NCBI GenBank assembly: GCA_051362555.1
Contig: CM120641.1
Location: 24,806,401-24,870,400 of the forward strand
Length of the DNA: 64,000 nt
Origin: Lingula anatina
Lineage: Eukaryota > Animalia > Brachiopoda
Direction: 5' to 3'
Every line of letters starts with the position of its first letter. Position 1 is the first letter of the stretch. The notes beneath the pieces are model-generated. The model had not been told where the DNA came from and searched no databases. It saw only the letters and a program-made list of their open reading frames with translations. The position numbers were made by a program, and so were the translations under genes. This document shows positions 39,801-49,068 of this stretch, piece by piece.

Positions 39801-42800
39801 TGTAATTAGTTGAGATAACAGCCAAATGCTTCCAGCAAATTACTCAGTCCATGCAAACATGGCTACCATATGCCGCTTCCTTCTCTAAAGTGCAGCCATC
39901 TGAGATATCTTTTGGTTTGTACCAGAAAAATGTCTGACCCAGTCCATGACATATAGCTGATATAAAGTGCACATGTGCTTTGTAAATATATGCATGGATT
40001 TTGACTTATTAACTTTGTTCAGTGGTCAGATATTTTCATCATCTTTGTTATTTTAAAGAGATTGATAGGATGGGCCTGGTAAACTTGTCAGTGATGTATG
40101 TGTCTTTGGGAAGGAAGCATTTGCTTTACTTGGCTCTAGTGGATTCCTACTTCATGGGATCCTTTTTTGGTAAACCATTATATGGGTTTGAGCAGTGCTG
40201 CATTCTTGATGTCAATTCAAGTTAGTAAAGAGGAGCATTGCTAAGAAGCCAACATGTAGTTTTAGATAAACTGTGATACTAAATTACATTGAGGACAGGA
40301 AAGAGGTACAAAAAGAAATTGCTTTGAGTGAAAAAAATAAAAGAAAAAAGTCATATCAATTTAAGGTTGCTTCCGTTGAGGATTAAAAAAAGACACCACT
40401 TTAAAATTGTTTCAGGTTGTACATTTAAGATTGTGTTCATCTACTCAATTAATGTATCTATTTGTTTGGTTACATTTCAGCAGTTTGGTCCAATTTTAGA
40501 TGTAGAAATTATATTTAATGAGAGGGGCTCAAAGGTATGTACACCACCTTTTCTCAGAAAACTTCAAATAACTTTTAAGGATGAACTTAAAGTAATTTTT
40601 AAATATTTGAAGCATTGCATTAAGTACAATTAAATGTAATTGTAATGTTGTTGTTATTTTGAGTAATATTGAATTTTGCTGAAGTAATTTCTGCTTTGAT
40701 TTGAGTAATTTAAAGCGTCATTTGTTTTAAAGTAAAGATTATAAGTTCAAAGTTGTATTTGAAGCCAGAGTTGGAAGTTCCCTGCAGAAGGTAAATTGAC
40801 ATACACATGGAGTCAGATATACTGGGACTAATTCAAAAGCTTGCTTCAGGCAAAAAGATGAACCTTTGAGTTTTGTTAACAGTCTGTTGTACTGTGGTCT
40901 GTACTACCATTGGGAGATCAAGATATATGTTTGACACAACAATCACCATATTTCATTCATAAAATATCATCTAAATCACAAAATTTGGCCATTAGAAGAA
41001 CTAATTGTCCTATCCATATTAATAGTAAAATTTGATCAAGGATGCAGGTACAAGACTGTTAATAAAAACAAGAATATCTGTACCATATTTTTGTTCTAAA
41101 AATCTGGGAACTTACGACTGCAGGAAACTTTTCAACCTGTGTTCATCTGATTCTTTCATCTTTTCCATGCTCATCATTCATTCTTCATTTTCTGAGTGTA
41201 GGCTCTTTGCAACTTTCCTGTCCTCTTTTCCTGAAATTTCTGGATTTCTAACTTTGGTCTTGCTTATCCCACTATTTCTCAATCTGTCTCCTTGGTCTGT
41301 CGGCAGGTTTTGGTTTCAGACTCTGCACAATTTCACAGCAGACATATTGATTATGCTCGGTGGAATACAGTCTTTACAGCTGTCAAACCTAAAAACAAGT
41401 CAACAAGAATATTTACATGATTTTACACAAAAATATTTCATTCATTTTCTCTATTCTTTGCAAGGAGCTGTCACTCCTGTGTATATATATATCATATATA
41501 TTTATTATACATATTCATGTTCTGTGTTCTAACTCGTACAGAAGCACACATTAACAGCACACGTATATGGCGCCAGATTCTTGTGCTACAATCTATGTGC
41601 TTTGTACTGTCTTCCTGTGTCTTGTCTTCCTGTGTCATTTCTTCTGTCCTTGTGTGTGCTTCCTACGAGCATGCGCATGAGCTTCTTAAGACTCATGCAT
41701 GCCCCCGTCCTATGTCTCCAATCATCATGTCAATGACGCATGTAACATACAATCAATGATGCTGAACTATAAATGTTGACTGCACGTAATTTAATGCATG
41801 CTTCCTATTATTTTCCTCATGCATGCAGGGATTCGGTTTTGTAACTTTCCAAAATAGCGCTGACGCAGAGAGAGCACGAGAGAAATTGAACGGCACTGTG
41901 GTTGAGGGAAGAAAAATTGAGGTGCATGGTTATTTACAATTTGTGGTAGCACACACTAAATGCTAAGTTATAATTTATATTATGCAGTATTAAGAAATGC
42001 CTGTCCCTTGTCAGAATGTATATCTGTCATCTTCTGCATTGTAGAAATTAATTTTCACACTCCGATTGACCCAGTCATTTTGTATCTTGCTCATGGTGAC
42101 TTTAAACCCAAATCATCATGCATTGTCTATGGATGTCACTGATTATTAGGTGTATATTATTATACTGATTTGCATTTTGATTGACTATTGTACGAAACTC
42201 CCTTATCGAGCATAATCAACTCCCCTCTCTGCTGGTTGAAAGAGTAACGCCACTATTCGTCCTCTGGTGACATGTCCGTGCATATATTGGCTGAGATGCT
42301 CAAAGCCTGTGCTGTGATATTGCATACATACCATCATTAATACATGCAGTGGCCGGCATTTCTTGACACTGAACAATTTCTGTATTATTATTGTTATGTA
42401 GCTAGATATGAAAATGTAAAGGGGACCTTAAAAGGTAAAACGTTTTCAATTTGGAAGTAAGTCAAATGAAGAGACACCACATCTGGCATTATGATTTGTG
42501 TGTATTTAGCAATATATGGGCTTTCACTAAAAAATTCTTGGGGCAATGCTATTGTAGAGTGTAGGTAGGAGGGGTGTATCTGCAACCTTTTGGCCTTGTT
42601 GCTGTGGAAACTATTAATTTTCACCATCAGTCATCCAAATTTTCATGCAGCTTTGGACAATCCAGAGTGCTGTGTCTCTTTTTGCAACTGACAGTTCCAG
42701 TAAACCATTCAAGGACTGCAGATTACAGGCAGTTCCAATTGAAATGTAAATGAAATATTCAACAGGCATTTCTTATACTACATTATCTTGAAAAAATTTG

Positions 42801-45800
42801 CAGTTCAATATAGTAATTTAGATCTTCAGTCAGTAAAGATAATATGTAAGTTCTTACTGTTTAAGTGTAATTTATAAAGTAGCAGTAAATGTAAGTAGAA
42901 ATTAAAAATGTATTTTGTATATTGAGGAATACCTTTATTCTTATTCTACTCATTTCATGTATAACTTCTATTAAAGGCTTTGAGGGTTTACCAGTTAATT
43001 CTGCTCCCATTATGAAGATTCTGTTGATTATCAAAGACATTTTTTAAAATTCCATCATGAATATTCTGAAAAAAATTTTTTGTAAATCTGTATGAAGAAA
43101 ATATTACCAATTCCTAGTGGGGGTACAAATTGATAGTTGTGCTAATTCAAAACTTATGATTTGATATTTTGGTTGATGAAGTAGATCTGTTAGATTAATA
43201 TGAATTTCCAAAATTTTGCTCAGATGTAAACCTTTGCATTTCACATTGGGCATCTCTGTGATACTGTTGGATCTTAATGACTTGGTACAGAATGTACAAA
43301 GGATTAATTTTAGAAGAAGATTCAGCAGGCAAATGTTCTTATTCTATTCTAATTTAAATTTTCACATAAACAAGGACTTGTGTATAAATGGGAAGAGAAT
43401 GCAGTTATTTTTAATTCTTATTCTCATCAGTTAGTAGTTACTAACATACCGACAAAAATGTTCACCTACTTAGAGACCCATCCATCACAAATCAGATATT
43501 GAAGTCATTCTGGAAAGAAAAAAAAATTAAGCCTTCAGCCCTGGGAGTCACAGCCAAATTGAATATAGATTGTGAAATGTTTTCAATTACTTTGAAGCAG
43601 CAGTAAAATAGACACCTCAGTTCGACATGGTTAGACTAATGAAGAATTAACTGGTAGAAATGAAAACCTCAGTTTGGTCTTTGTATTTAGGATTATTGTG
43701 AGATGAATTAATATGAGTAGGAAAGGAACATTGGGTATTTTATGTAAATGACTCTTTACAACCATCAGCAGCAGGCAAAGGAGAATATGAATATCCAATA
43801 TTTATACTAATATATCATCTGTGCCAGGGAGATTGAAAAAAAGGGGTAAAATTCCACAGGGAATAGTAATTGGCTAACTCAGTGATATACTCTTGTTGAT
43901 CTATGCAAAACAAATCCCATATTGCCTGCTGGTGGTTTAGTTGTGAAATAAATGTGTTCTATTGATTCTACCACTGTGAACATAGGTCTGCGTAAGTTCT
44001 TTTTAAGTGCAGTAGCCTGGAAGATTTTACCACACTAATTTCCCTAGATACAAGTTGAAACTCAGATATTAATGCCATTTTGGTGTCTTTTACATACAGG
44101 CAACAAAAAGTGATCACAGAGTAAACCTGTTAAATGTGGTGTATTTGCTTTAGTGACAACACTTGGTATCATTCCAGTAACCCACCAAAAACATCGATGA
44201 TTCACAGTGGTAGATTCTGAGGATATGTAGTATTTTGAAATATTAAGATAGTGTAGGAATTTTTTACTACAAATCCTCATATACTTTGTTTCTTTTCAGG
44301 CAAATGTGAGCTAAAAGAATTAAGCCTTGGATATATTTTTGGTGTTTTTTTCAATACTCCAGTTTTTGTTAAGTCAATAAGAATGATCTCACATTATACG
44401 ATTTGATCATTCCATTGATATTATCATTAGAACATATACCAAAGGGGAAAAAATCATGAACTCCAACGCTTGAATCTGTATCATTTTGAGAAAAAAAAAT
44501 AAGACCAATAAATTTGGAAAATATTTCATTATAAGAATTTTTTCAAAAGTTTTTACCATTTCTACAACAGTTTTCAGTTACAGCTTAAAATAATATAAAA
44601 GGGTGGGTGGTATCCATGCATTCATCAAAGGCCTAAGAACATGTAACAATAATAAACAATCCTTAAATCTCAAAATGAATGGTACAACAAAGTTCACATT
44701 TGCCTTCCAATATTACTCAGTTCCCATAGTAACTGTTGTTTACTATTTAGGTAAACAATGCAACTGCAAGAATCATGACAAAGAAAAGCCCCACCGCCCC
44801 CGTGATACCTAATGGTGAGTACATGTATCCAGTCATACCCAATGGTGAGTAAAATTTTTATACTTTCGCTGCAAAAGGAGAAATTTTCCCGGTTATATTC
44901 TGAGAAATCTTGAGAATGTCTTTGTAACCAAATATCATTTATGTTTAACGCTCATCTAATGGTGGCAGGCTGCTTATGAAATATGTATATACATATTATA
45001 TATTTTTCTGGTGTCAGTAATGTGGTCAAGATTTCCATTAGTATGAATTGCTCTGGGAAAATAGCTGCTTGGGCAGTTCTAGCTTTGAGGTTTATATAGA
45101 TACCTTTCGCATTAAAAGCAATAAACTGATAATGCTGTGAGAGATTTTTAAAACTGGGTATTATAGCATGCAACATGTATTTGTTTGCATTCTAACTTGT
45201 ACCTAGAGTTAATAAGTGCTAGGGGTCAGGTGGAAGCTTTCTTAAATGGTCAGCAGGGAACCTTATGTGGAGGCTAGTGGCACTTTCAGAATAATCAGAT
45301 GTAGATAATGAGAACCTTAGCATTGCATGTTAAATGATCAGAATGAAGAAAACTAACATACTTAATCAGAATATAATAGCCACTGGTCCGTTGCTTATCC
45401 TAATGCAAAAAATATTGATTATTTCTATGGTATCTCTTCCATTGGTTTCTTGTAATTTCAGGATGGTTTCTATCTTGAGCTGATGCACTGCTATTTATCA
45501 TTGTGAGAGGTCAGCTCATCTTGATGTATGCAAGATGTAAATCAATGCTTTGTTTTCTTGCAGCTGCAGCATTGCGAGGTGCTGCTCTCACCAGGGGGCG
45601 CATTGCTACAGTCACAAGAGGTGCTTACACAGCAGCCGCTGCCGCTGCTGCTGCAGCTGCCTTCCGTGCACCCCAGCCAGTGATGACAGCACAAGCCACA
45701 GCCTTGCCATATCCTACAGCTGCGTAAGTATAAACTTGATGAACCTTTGGCATAGTCAAGTGCTAATCATTCCTTAGCAGTTGATATATATTGGGAGGAT

Positions 45801-48800
45801 ATTTTAGTCACCGCCTGTCATATTTCATGTCTGCGTCTACTTTGTGGATATATTATCATTGTTGTTTTTTCTGTGTGTGTAATATGTTTTCACAAGTTTC
45901 AATTAATATAATGGGTCTCAATATGCTTATTTCCTCTCAACTGTGCTGTTTTTTACTTAGACAAATATGCAGATATATAAACAAAAATAGGCTAAATGAA
46001 AATAAATCTTTATCTGGCTGACATTTCCATATTCTGTTGAATTGAATGTTGCATGTCTGGAAGCTTAAAAATGGCCCTACTTAAGAATCACTGCTCAACC
46101 TCTCCCTGCACTTAAATTTGATGTTTTATACCATTTTAATTAAATTCTTGGCCAAACATTTAGACTGCCTAAGTATTTATTTGAGAGGGTTTATATTTTT
46201 TTGAGGGCTGAATTAGGAAAAATAAGTAGGCTTGCAGGGTATTACATCATAAAAATATCAGTTAAGGACATTTTCTGACATGTATAACATACATTTCATG
46301 GTGAGTTGTTTATCTTGTACATGTTTGTTCAGAATTCATTTATGACATCTTCTTCTGGTGATATTTCCAGCAGGAGTGTGTACCAAGATCCATTTGGTCT
46401 GGCAGCCTCAGCACAGTATGCTTCACAGGCAGCTGCTGCAGAGAGATATGCAGTCACCTCCTTGGTAAGTGGTATTAAGAATTTATATATTTTTTATACT
46501 CTCTTTTATCAATATATAGTGCAACTATGCAAAATTGTGTACTTAAAAAATGTGGTGTTTGTCAGGTATATTAAGATGAAGCTGGACTAAACCTTATAAA
46601 CATTATGTGTATTACAACAGAAAGTCAATACATACAAGAAGTGGTCAAACATGAACATTTGTGTAATTTTCTTCCAGCAACTGTACATGAAATTTCACTC
46701 ACATAAATAAAAAGAAGTAACAGCAAACTGGATTATGTTGTATCCACATATGATTTATAATTTTTCATGCTTATGTGTTACACTCTTTATTTCAGCCATA
46801 TGCGACTGCGGCGTATGCAGGAACAGCTGCAGCGAGATACGCACTGCCAACAATGGGTACAGCAGCAGGTGGAGTCACATATACGCTATCAGGGTGAGTA
46901 CTGGTACTGAAAATATCCTATAATGTAACTCCTGTTGGTATAAAGGTTAACACCAAACAAACCAATATTCTCAGTAACTAAAATTGGTTGTGTCATAGAT
47001 TTTAAATCTATATGAAGTCTCTGGTCAGGTATTTAAAATTTTGTTAATATAAATGAAGATTTTTTTATGACGAGGCTGCTCCTTAATGATGCTGACTGAG
47101 GCTTCATTCTCTCTCCATCAGCATGTTTAGGTGTTTCTCAGCTTGCATTAGATGCATGAAGTATTCAAGCCAGACTTGTTAGAAACGAAAAATCAAACAT
47201 TGATTGCGGATCTTACTGTAGCTGCTTTTTAGCTATAAAATGCATTACTGTACAGCATCATTGAATAATATTTAGTAGAGCATTTTAAATCAAACAGCTG
47301 ATAAATCTACAGGTGAATGATATTGTGATTACATTAAACTTAATTTTTATGTTCTAAGAGTTTGATGTCCATCATACAGTAAAGTTAACTTGCAGCCATG
47401 ATTAAATGTAGATATTCTTTCCTTCAAGGTTCAGTTTGGCTTGAATACGGCATGAGGCTAATAAGCTCAGGCTGATTGATGTATCACAAGTTCATGTATC
47501 ACCAGTATTTCTTATACATATAGTGGAATATTTGAAAGGACTGATTTTTATTTTGATTATTAAAATATTTAATAAGTAGGGTTCAAGTATCAGTTTTATT
47601 TTTACCAAAAGTGCAGAGCAGTAGATTGGGAATGATTTCTTGCATGTTAAGGTCAATGCATCTCTATGTTTTTTGTAGCATAACTAACACACATATTGGA
47701 GCTACACTTGTGAAATTGTAATTGAAGGCATGTGTACAGTGTTTCTAGACATCATTTCAGTACAGTGCTACAGGTGACGATACTCTTAGCTAAAGCAGTG
47801 GGTCAGTTATATATTGCATGAATGATTAAACAAACGTGGGCAGGGTGGTCTATTTGCATGCTTTACTTAGATGTTCCTCTGTTCCTTTGTGATCAGATAC
47901 ACTGGTCGTGAGTATGCAGCCGATCCTTACCTCGGGCACACTATTGGACCTGTAACAGGGTACGGGGTAAGTTGGCAGCCCTTGTGTAGTAATCTCTCTT
48001 ACAAAGACCCATGCTAAGATGTGGCATACACACCAAATTTTAAATGATGTCTTTCATATCTTAGACCTTGATGACCTTTATCAAAGAACAATTCACAGGT
48101 GCTGTCAAATAAATTGGATTTCAAACTAAAATTTTCAAGTTTTCATACAAGGCTATGTACTTGGTTGTCTGTAGCTTGGGTCTTCTGTTGCTTTCACTAA
48201 AATTTGTGAAATATGGAGCTCTGTGTTCTTTATTAAAGTATAATCTTCATAGATTTCTTTTTCACAAAACTGTATCTTAATTTTTCATTTTATGTTTGTT
48301 TTTTTTAATGATGTGCAGATATTAAATGTGTCCTCTAAACTATGTAGATCTCATAAAAATCATATAAAATGAAACAATTGGATAAAATCTTTGCCTTTCA
48401 AATTATACTTTGTTATGAAGCAGCTTGCAGAACCAATTAACTTTGTCAGATGCAAAAGTTTCATAACACTTTATAGTTAATGTTGAAAATTAAAAAAAAA
48501 AAATAATAATAATATCTTTTATTTGGCACCAAATGTTCCTCTAATACAAAGACCATATTTAATGTATCTGTGCATCTACTGTACTGGCTAGCTATATACA
48601 TTATAAGATGTTTACAAATTTTGGTTACTACATAATATCATTTGATCTATAACTTCTTTGTGATAATTTTTTTGGTTACCTTCTTCTTTCTAGTATTAAT
48701 AACTACCTTAGCTATTTCTGTTATCTTAAAGAAACTGCACAGTCTGATTTCTGATAATTCAAAAGCCCAGTTCTATGTATTTTATAAGTCAATTAGTGCT

Positions 48801-49068
48801 TTGTTGAATGAATTAAGTGTTGTTCTGTGTCTGTCACAATGAGAATCACTCTATGGTGGCATAAATTAGACTGCATATATAGTACGCAAGTGGTTTACTG
48901 AGTGAGTGTGACGTGCAGTGTGTCTTGTATCGCTTCATCTTCACATGGTGCATGTGCATCTAGCTAATGTTTTTGTGCAAGGCTCTTACTCAGGTTTATC
49001 ACTTTATATTTGACCTTCTACAGGGACAGCTATACAGAGCTGGGTATCAGCGGTTTGCTCCATACTAG
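482..49068 (+). CDS. Rbfox1: RNA-binding protein fox-1 homolog (Rbfox), spliced gene, ~406 aa
   Basis: Phase-consistent GT-AG exons: 482-709, 32426-32599(/32608), 39343-39483, 40481-40534, 41829-41921, 44751-44814, 45564-45723, 46371-46464, 46796-46893, 47897-47966, 49024-49068. Translation gives the Fox RRM ([57 protein letters not shown]), an Ala/Tyr-rich C-terminus ([16 protein letters not shown]) and the RFAPY* end. The 5'-most exon is the least certain. Confidence 0.95.
4923..4968. repeat. Perfect 23-bp tandem duplication
   Basis: GGCTTTAAGGTTCTAGTTACTTT x2. Confidence 0.9.
5011..5073. repeat. (AAAT)n microsatellite
   Basis: Seen directly. Confidence 0.95.
7911..8768. mobile_element. 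Cluster of fold-back MITE copies (family A) at ~7911-8030, 8376-8566 and 8570-8768, plus an unrelated decayed fold-back at ~8036-8197
   Basis: Repeated ttcccagagattagatcgatc termini; about 80 bp shared between 7911 and 8570; internal inverted arms (gcttaaatgtctgtca/tgacagacatttaagc; ggtgctgagcttacttatgccc/gggcataagtaaattcagtacc). Confidence 0.75.
8775..9083 (-). mobile_element. Harbinger-like non-autonomous element fragment (family B)
   Basis: Ends gtagtgtgaacggggta|tta; reverse complement aligns by eye with 11525-11840. Confidence 0.7.
9854..10046. mobile_element. MITE family A copy with TAA TSD, inverted relative to 8570-8768
   Basis: TAA at 9851-9853 and 10047-10049; termini gaccccatttcc..agatcgatc / gatcgatc..gggaat; the body is the reverse complement of 8570-8768. 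Confidence 0.8.
11525..11990 (+). mobile_element. Family B element copy
   Basis: Starts taccccgttcacactac; shares caagaatgctggaatg.cttttgaatt with the copy at ~26315; right end unclear. Confidence 0.7.
12247..13614. mobile_element. Non-autonomous hAT-like DNA transposon, 1368 bp, 6-bp TSD
   Basis: TIRs CAGGGCTCGACATTAGC / CAGGGCTAGACACTAAC; direct repeat AATCAG at 12241-12246 and 13615-13620; many subterminal GGACAGGT/ACCTGTCC motifs; no transposase ORF. Confidence 0.85.
13699..13834. mobile_element. Small MITE (PIF/Harbinger-like, CAG TSD)
   Basis: TIRs GGCCCTGTAACTCGAAAGCATCG / GGTCCCGTAACCCGAAAGCATCG; CAG on both flanks. Confidence 0.75.
18041..18583. mobile_element. Family-A-related MITE (TTA TSD) carrying a nested palindromic MITE
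   Basis: TTA|GACCCCATTCCCATACCTAGATCAATCTAGCAG...CTGCTAGATCGATCTAGTTATGTAAATGGGGTC|TTA, TIRs ~70 bp. Confidence 0.85.
18122..18379. mobile_element. Nested near-perfect palindromic MITE (~258 bp)
   Basis: GGCTTCATTCACATG...CATGTGAACGAAGCC; ~120-bp arms pair along nearly the whole length; flanked by TTA/TAA. Confidence 0.85.
24211..24234. repeat. (AAT)n microsatellite
   Basis: Seen directly. Confidence 0.9.
26315..26770 (+). mobile_element. Family B element, decayed copy
   Basis: aaccctgttcacacaacagccatttatccggataa start; internal similarity to 11525-11990; possible end tgtgtgtacaggg. Confidence 0.6.
27776..27817. repeat. (CA)n microsatellite
   Basis: Seen directly. Confidence 0.95.
30426..30452. 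repeat. (AT)n microsatellite
   Basis: Seen directly. Confidence 0.95.
32426..32599 (+). CDS. Rbfox1: Rbfox exon 2 ([12 protein letters not shown]...QNGVEQQT)
   Basis: Acceptor ttgttgcag|CAC; HMVQ motif as recalled from invertebrate Rbfox N-termini; phase-0 donors at 32600 and 32609. Confidence 0.88.
36765..39250. mobile_element. Possible ~2.5-kb TTAA-flanked non-autonomous DNA element
   Basis: TTAA|CC...GG|TTAA; subterminal inverted match gcggccattctggaggga / tccctccagtatggctgc (16/18); CpG-richer ends; terminal TIR match is poor. Confidence 0.4.
39343..39483 (+). CDS. Rbfox1: Rbfox exon 3, RRM N-half with RNP2 (LHVSNI)
   Basis: ttccag|CAA...[24 protein letters not shown]|gtaggt. Confidence 0.97.
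40481..40534 (+). CDS. Rbfox1: Rbfox exon 4 ([18 protein letters not shown])
   Basis: tttcag|CAG...AAG|gtatgt, 54 nt, near-invariant Fox RRM peptide. Confidence 0.97.
41669..41928 (+). promoter_or_regulatory. Cluster of Rbfox-binding (U)GCAUG splicing elements around the 93-nt RRM exon
   Basis: GCATG at 41669, 41675, 41738; TGCATG at 41696, 41795, 41820 (within the 3' splice site) and 41923 (within the 5' splice site); GCACG at 41782 and 41874. Confidence 0.85.
41829..41921 (+). CDS. Rbfox1: Rbfox 93-nt RRM exon with RNP1 ([31 protein letters not shown])
   Basis: atgcag|GGA...GAG|gtgcatg; same 93-nt length as the vertebrate RBFOX autoregulated exon. Confidence 0.97.
44751..44814 (+). CDS. 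Rbfox1: Rbfox exon 6 ([21 protein letters not shown])
   Basis: tttag|GTA...AAT G|gtgagt, phase 1; second in-frame donor after 44844. Confidence 0.95.
45564..45723 (+). CDS. Rbfox1: Rbfox exon 7 ([13 protein letters not shown], poly-Ala)
   Basis: ttcttgcag|CT...GC|gtaagt; the RGAxLxRGR motif resembles vertebrate RGAHLRGRGR. Confidence 0.92.
46371..46464 (+). CDS. Rbfox1: Rbfox exon 8 ([16 protein letters not shown]...)
   Basis: NAGNAG acceptor ccag|cag| (46371 or 46374); donor TTG|gtaagt; VYQD motif. Confidence 0.92.
46796..46893 (+). CDS. Rbfox1: Rbfox exon 9 ([18 protein letters not shown]...)
   Basis: tttcag|CCA...GG|gtgagt; open frame, Ala/Tyr-rich. Confidence 0.9.
47897..47966 (+). CDS. 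Rbfox1: Rbfox exon 10 ([24 protein letters not shown])
   Basis: gatcag|A...GGG|gtaagt; conserved Fox-1 C-terminal motif. Confidence 0.95.
49024..49068 (+). CDS. Rbfox1: Rbfox last coding exon ([14 protein letters not shown]), PY-NLS
   Basis: ctacag|GGA; ends in the diagnostic RFAPY followed by TAG. Confidence 0.96.
   Translation, partial: GQLYRAGYQRFAPY

Noticed and set aside
41032-41532. 166-aa hydrophobic ORF
   Set aside because: TTG start; it is a translation of the polypyrimidine tract inside an Rbfox intron.
47122-47160. Acceptor-like ctctctccatcag| between Rbfox exons 9 and 10
   Set aside because: The candidate donors (gtgttt, gtattc) are poor; cannot be supported without reads.
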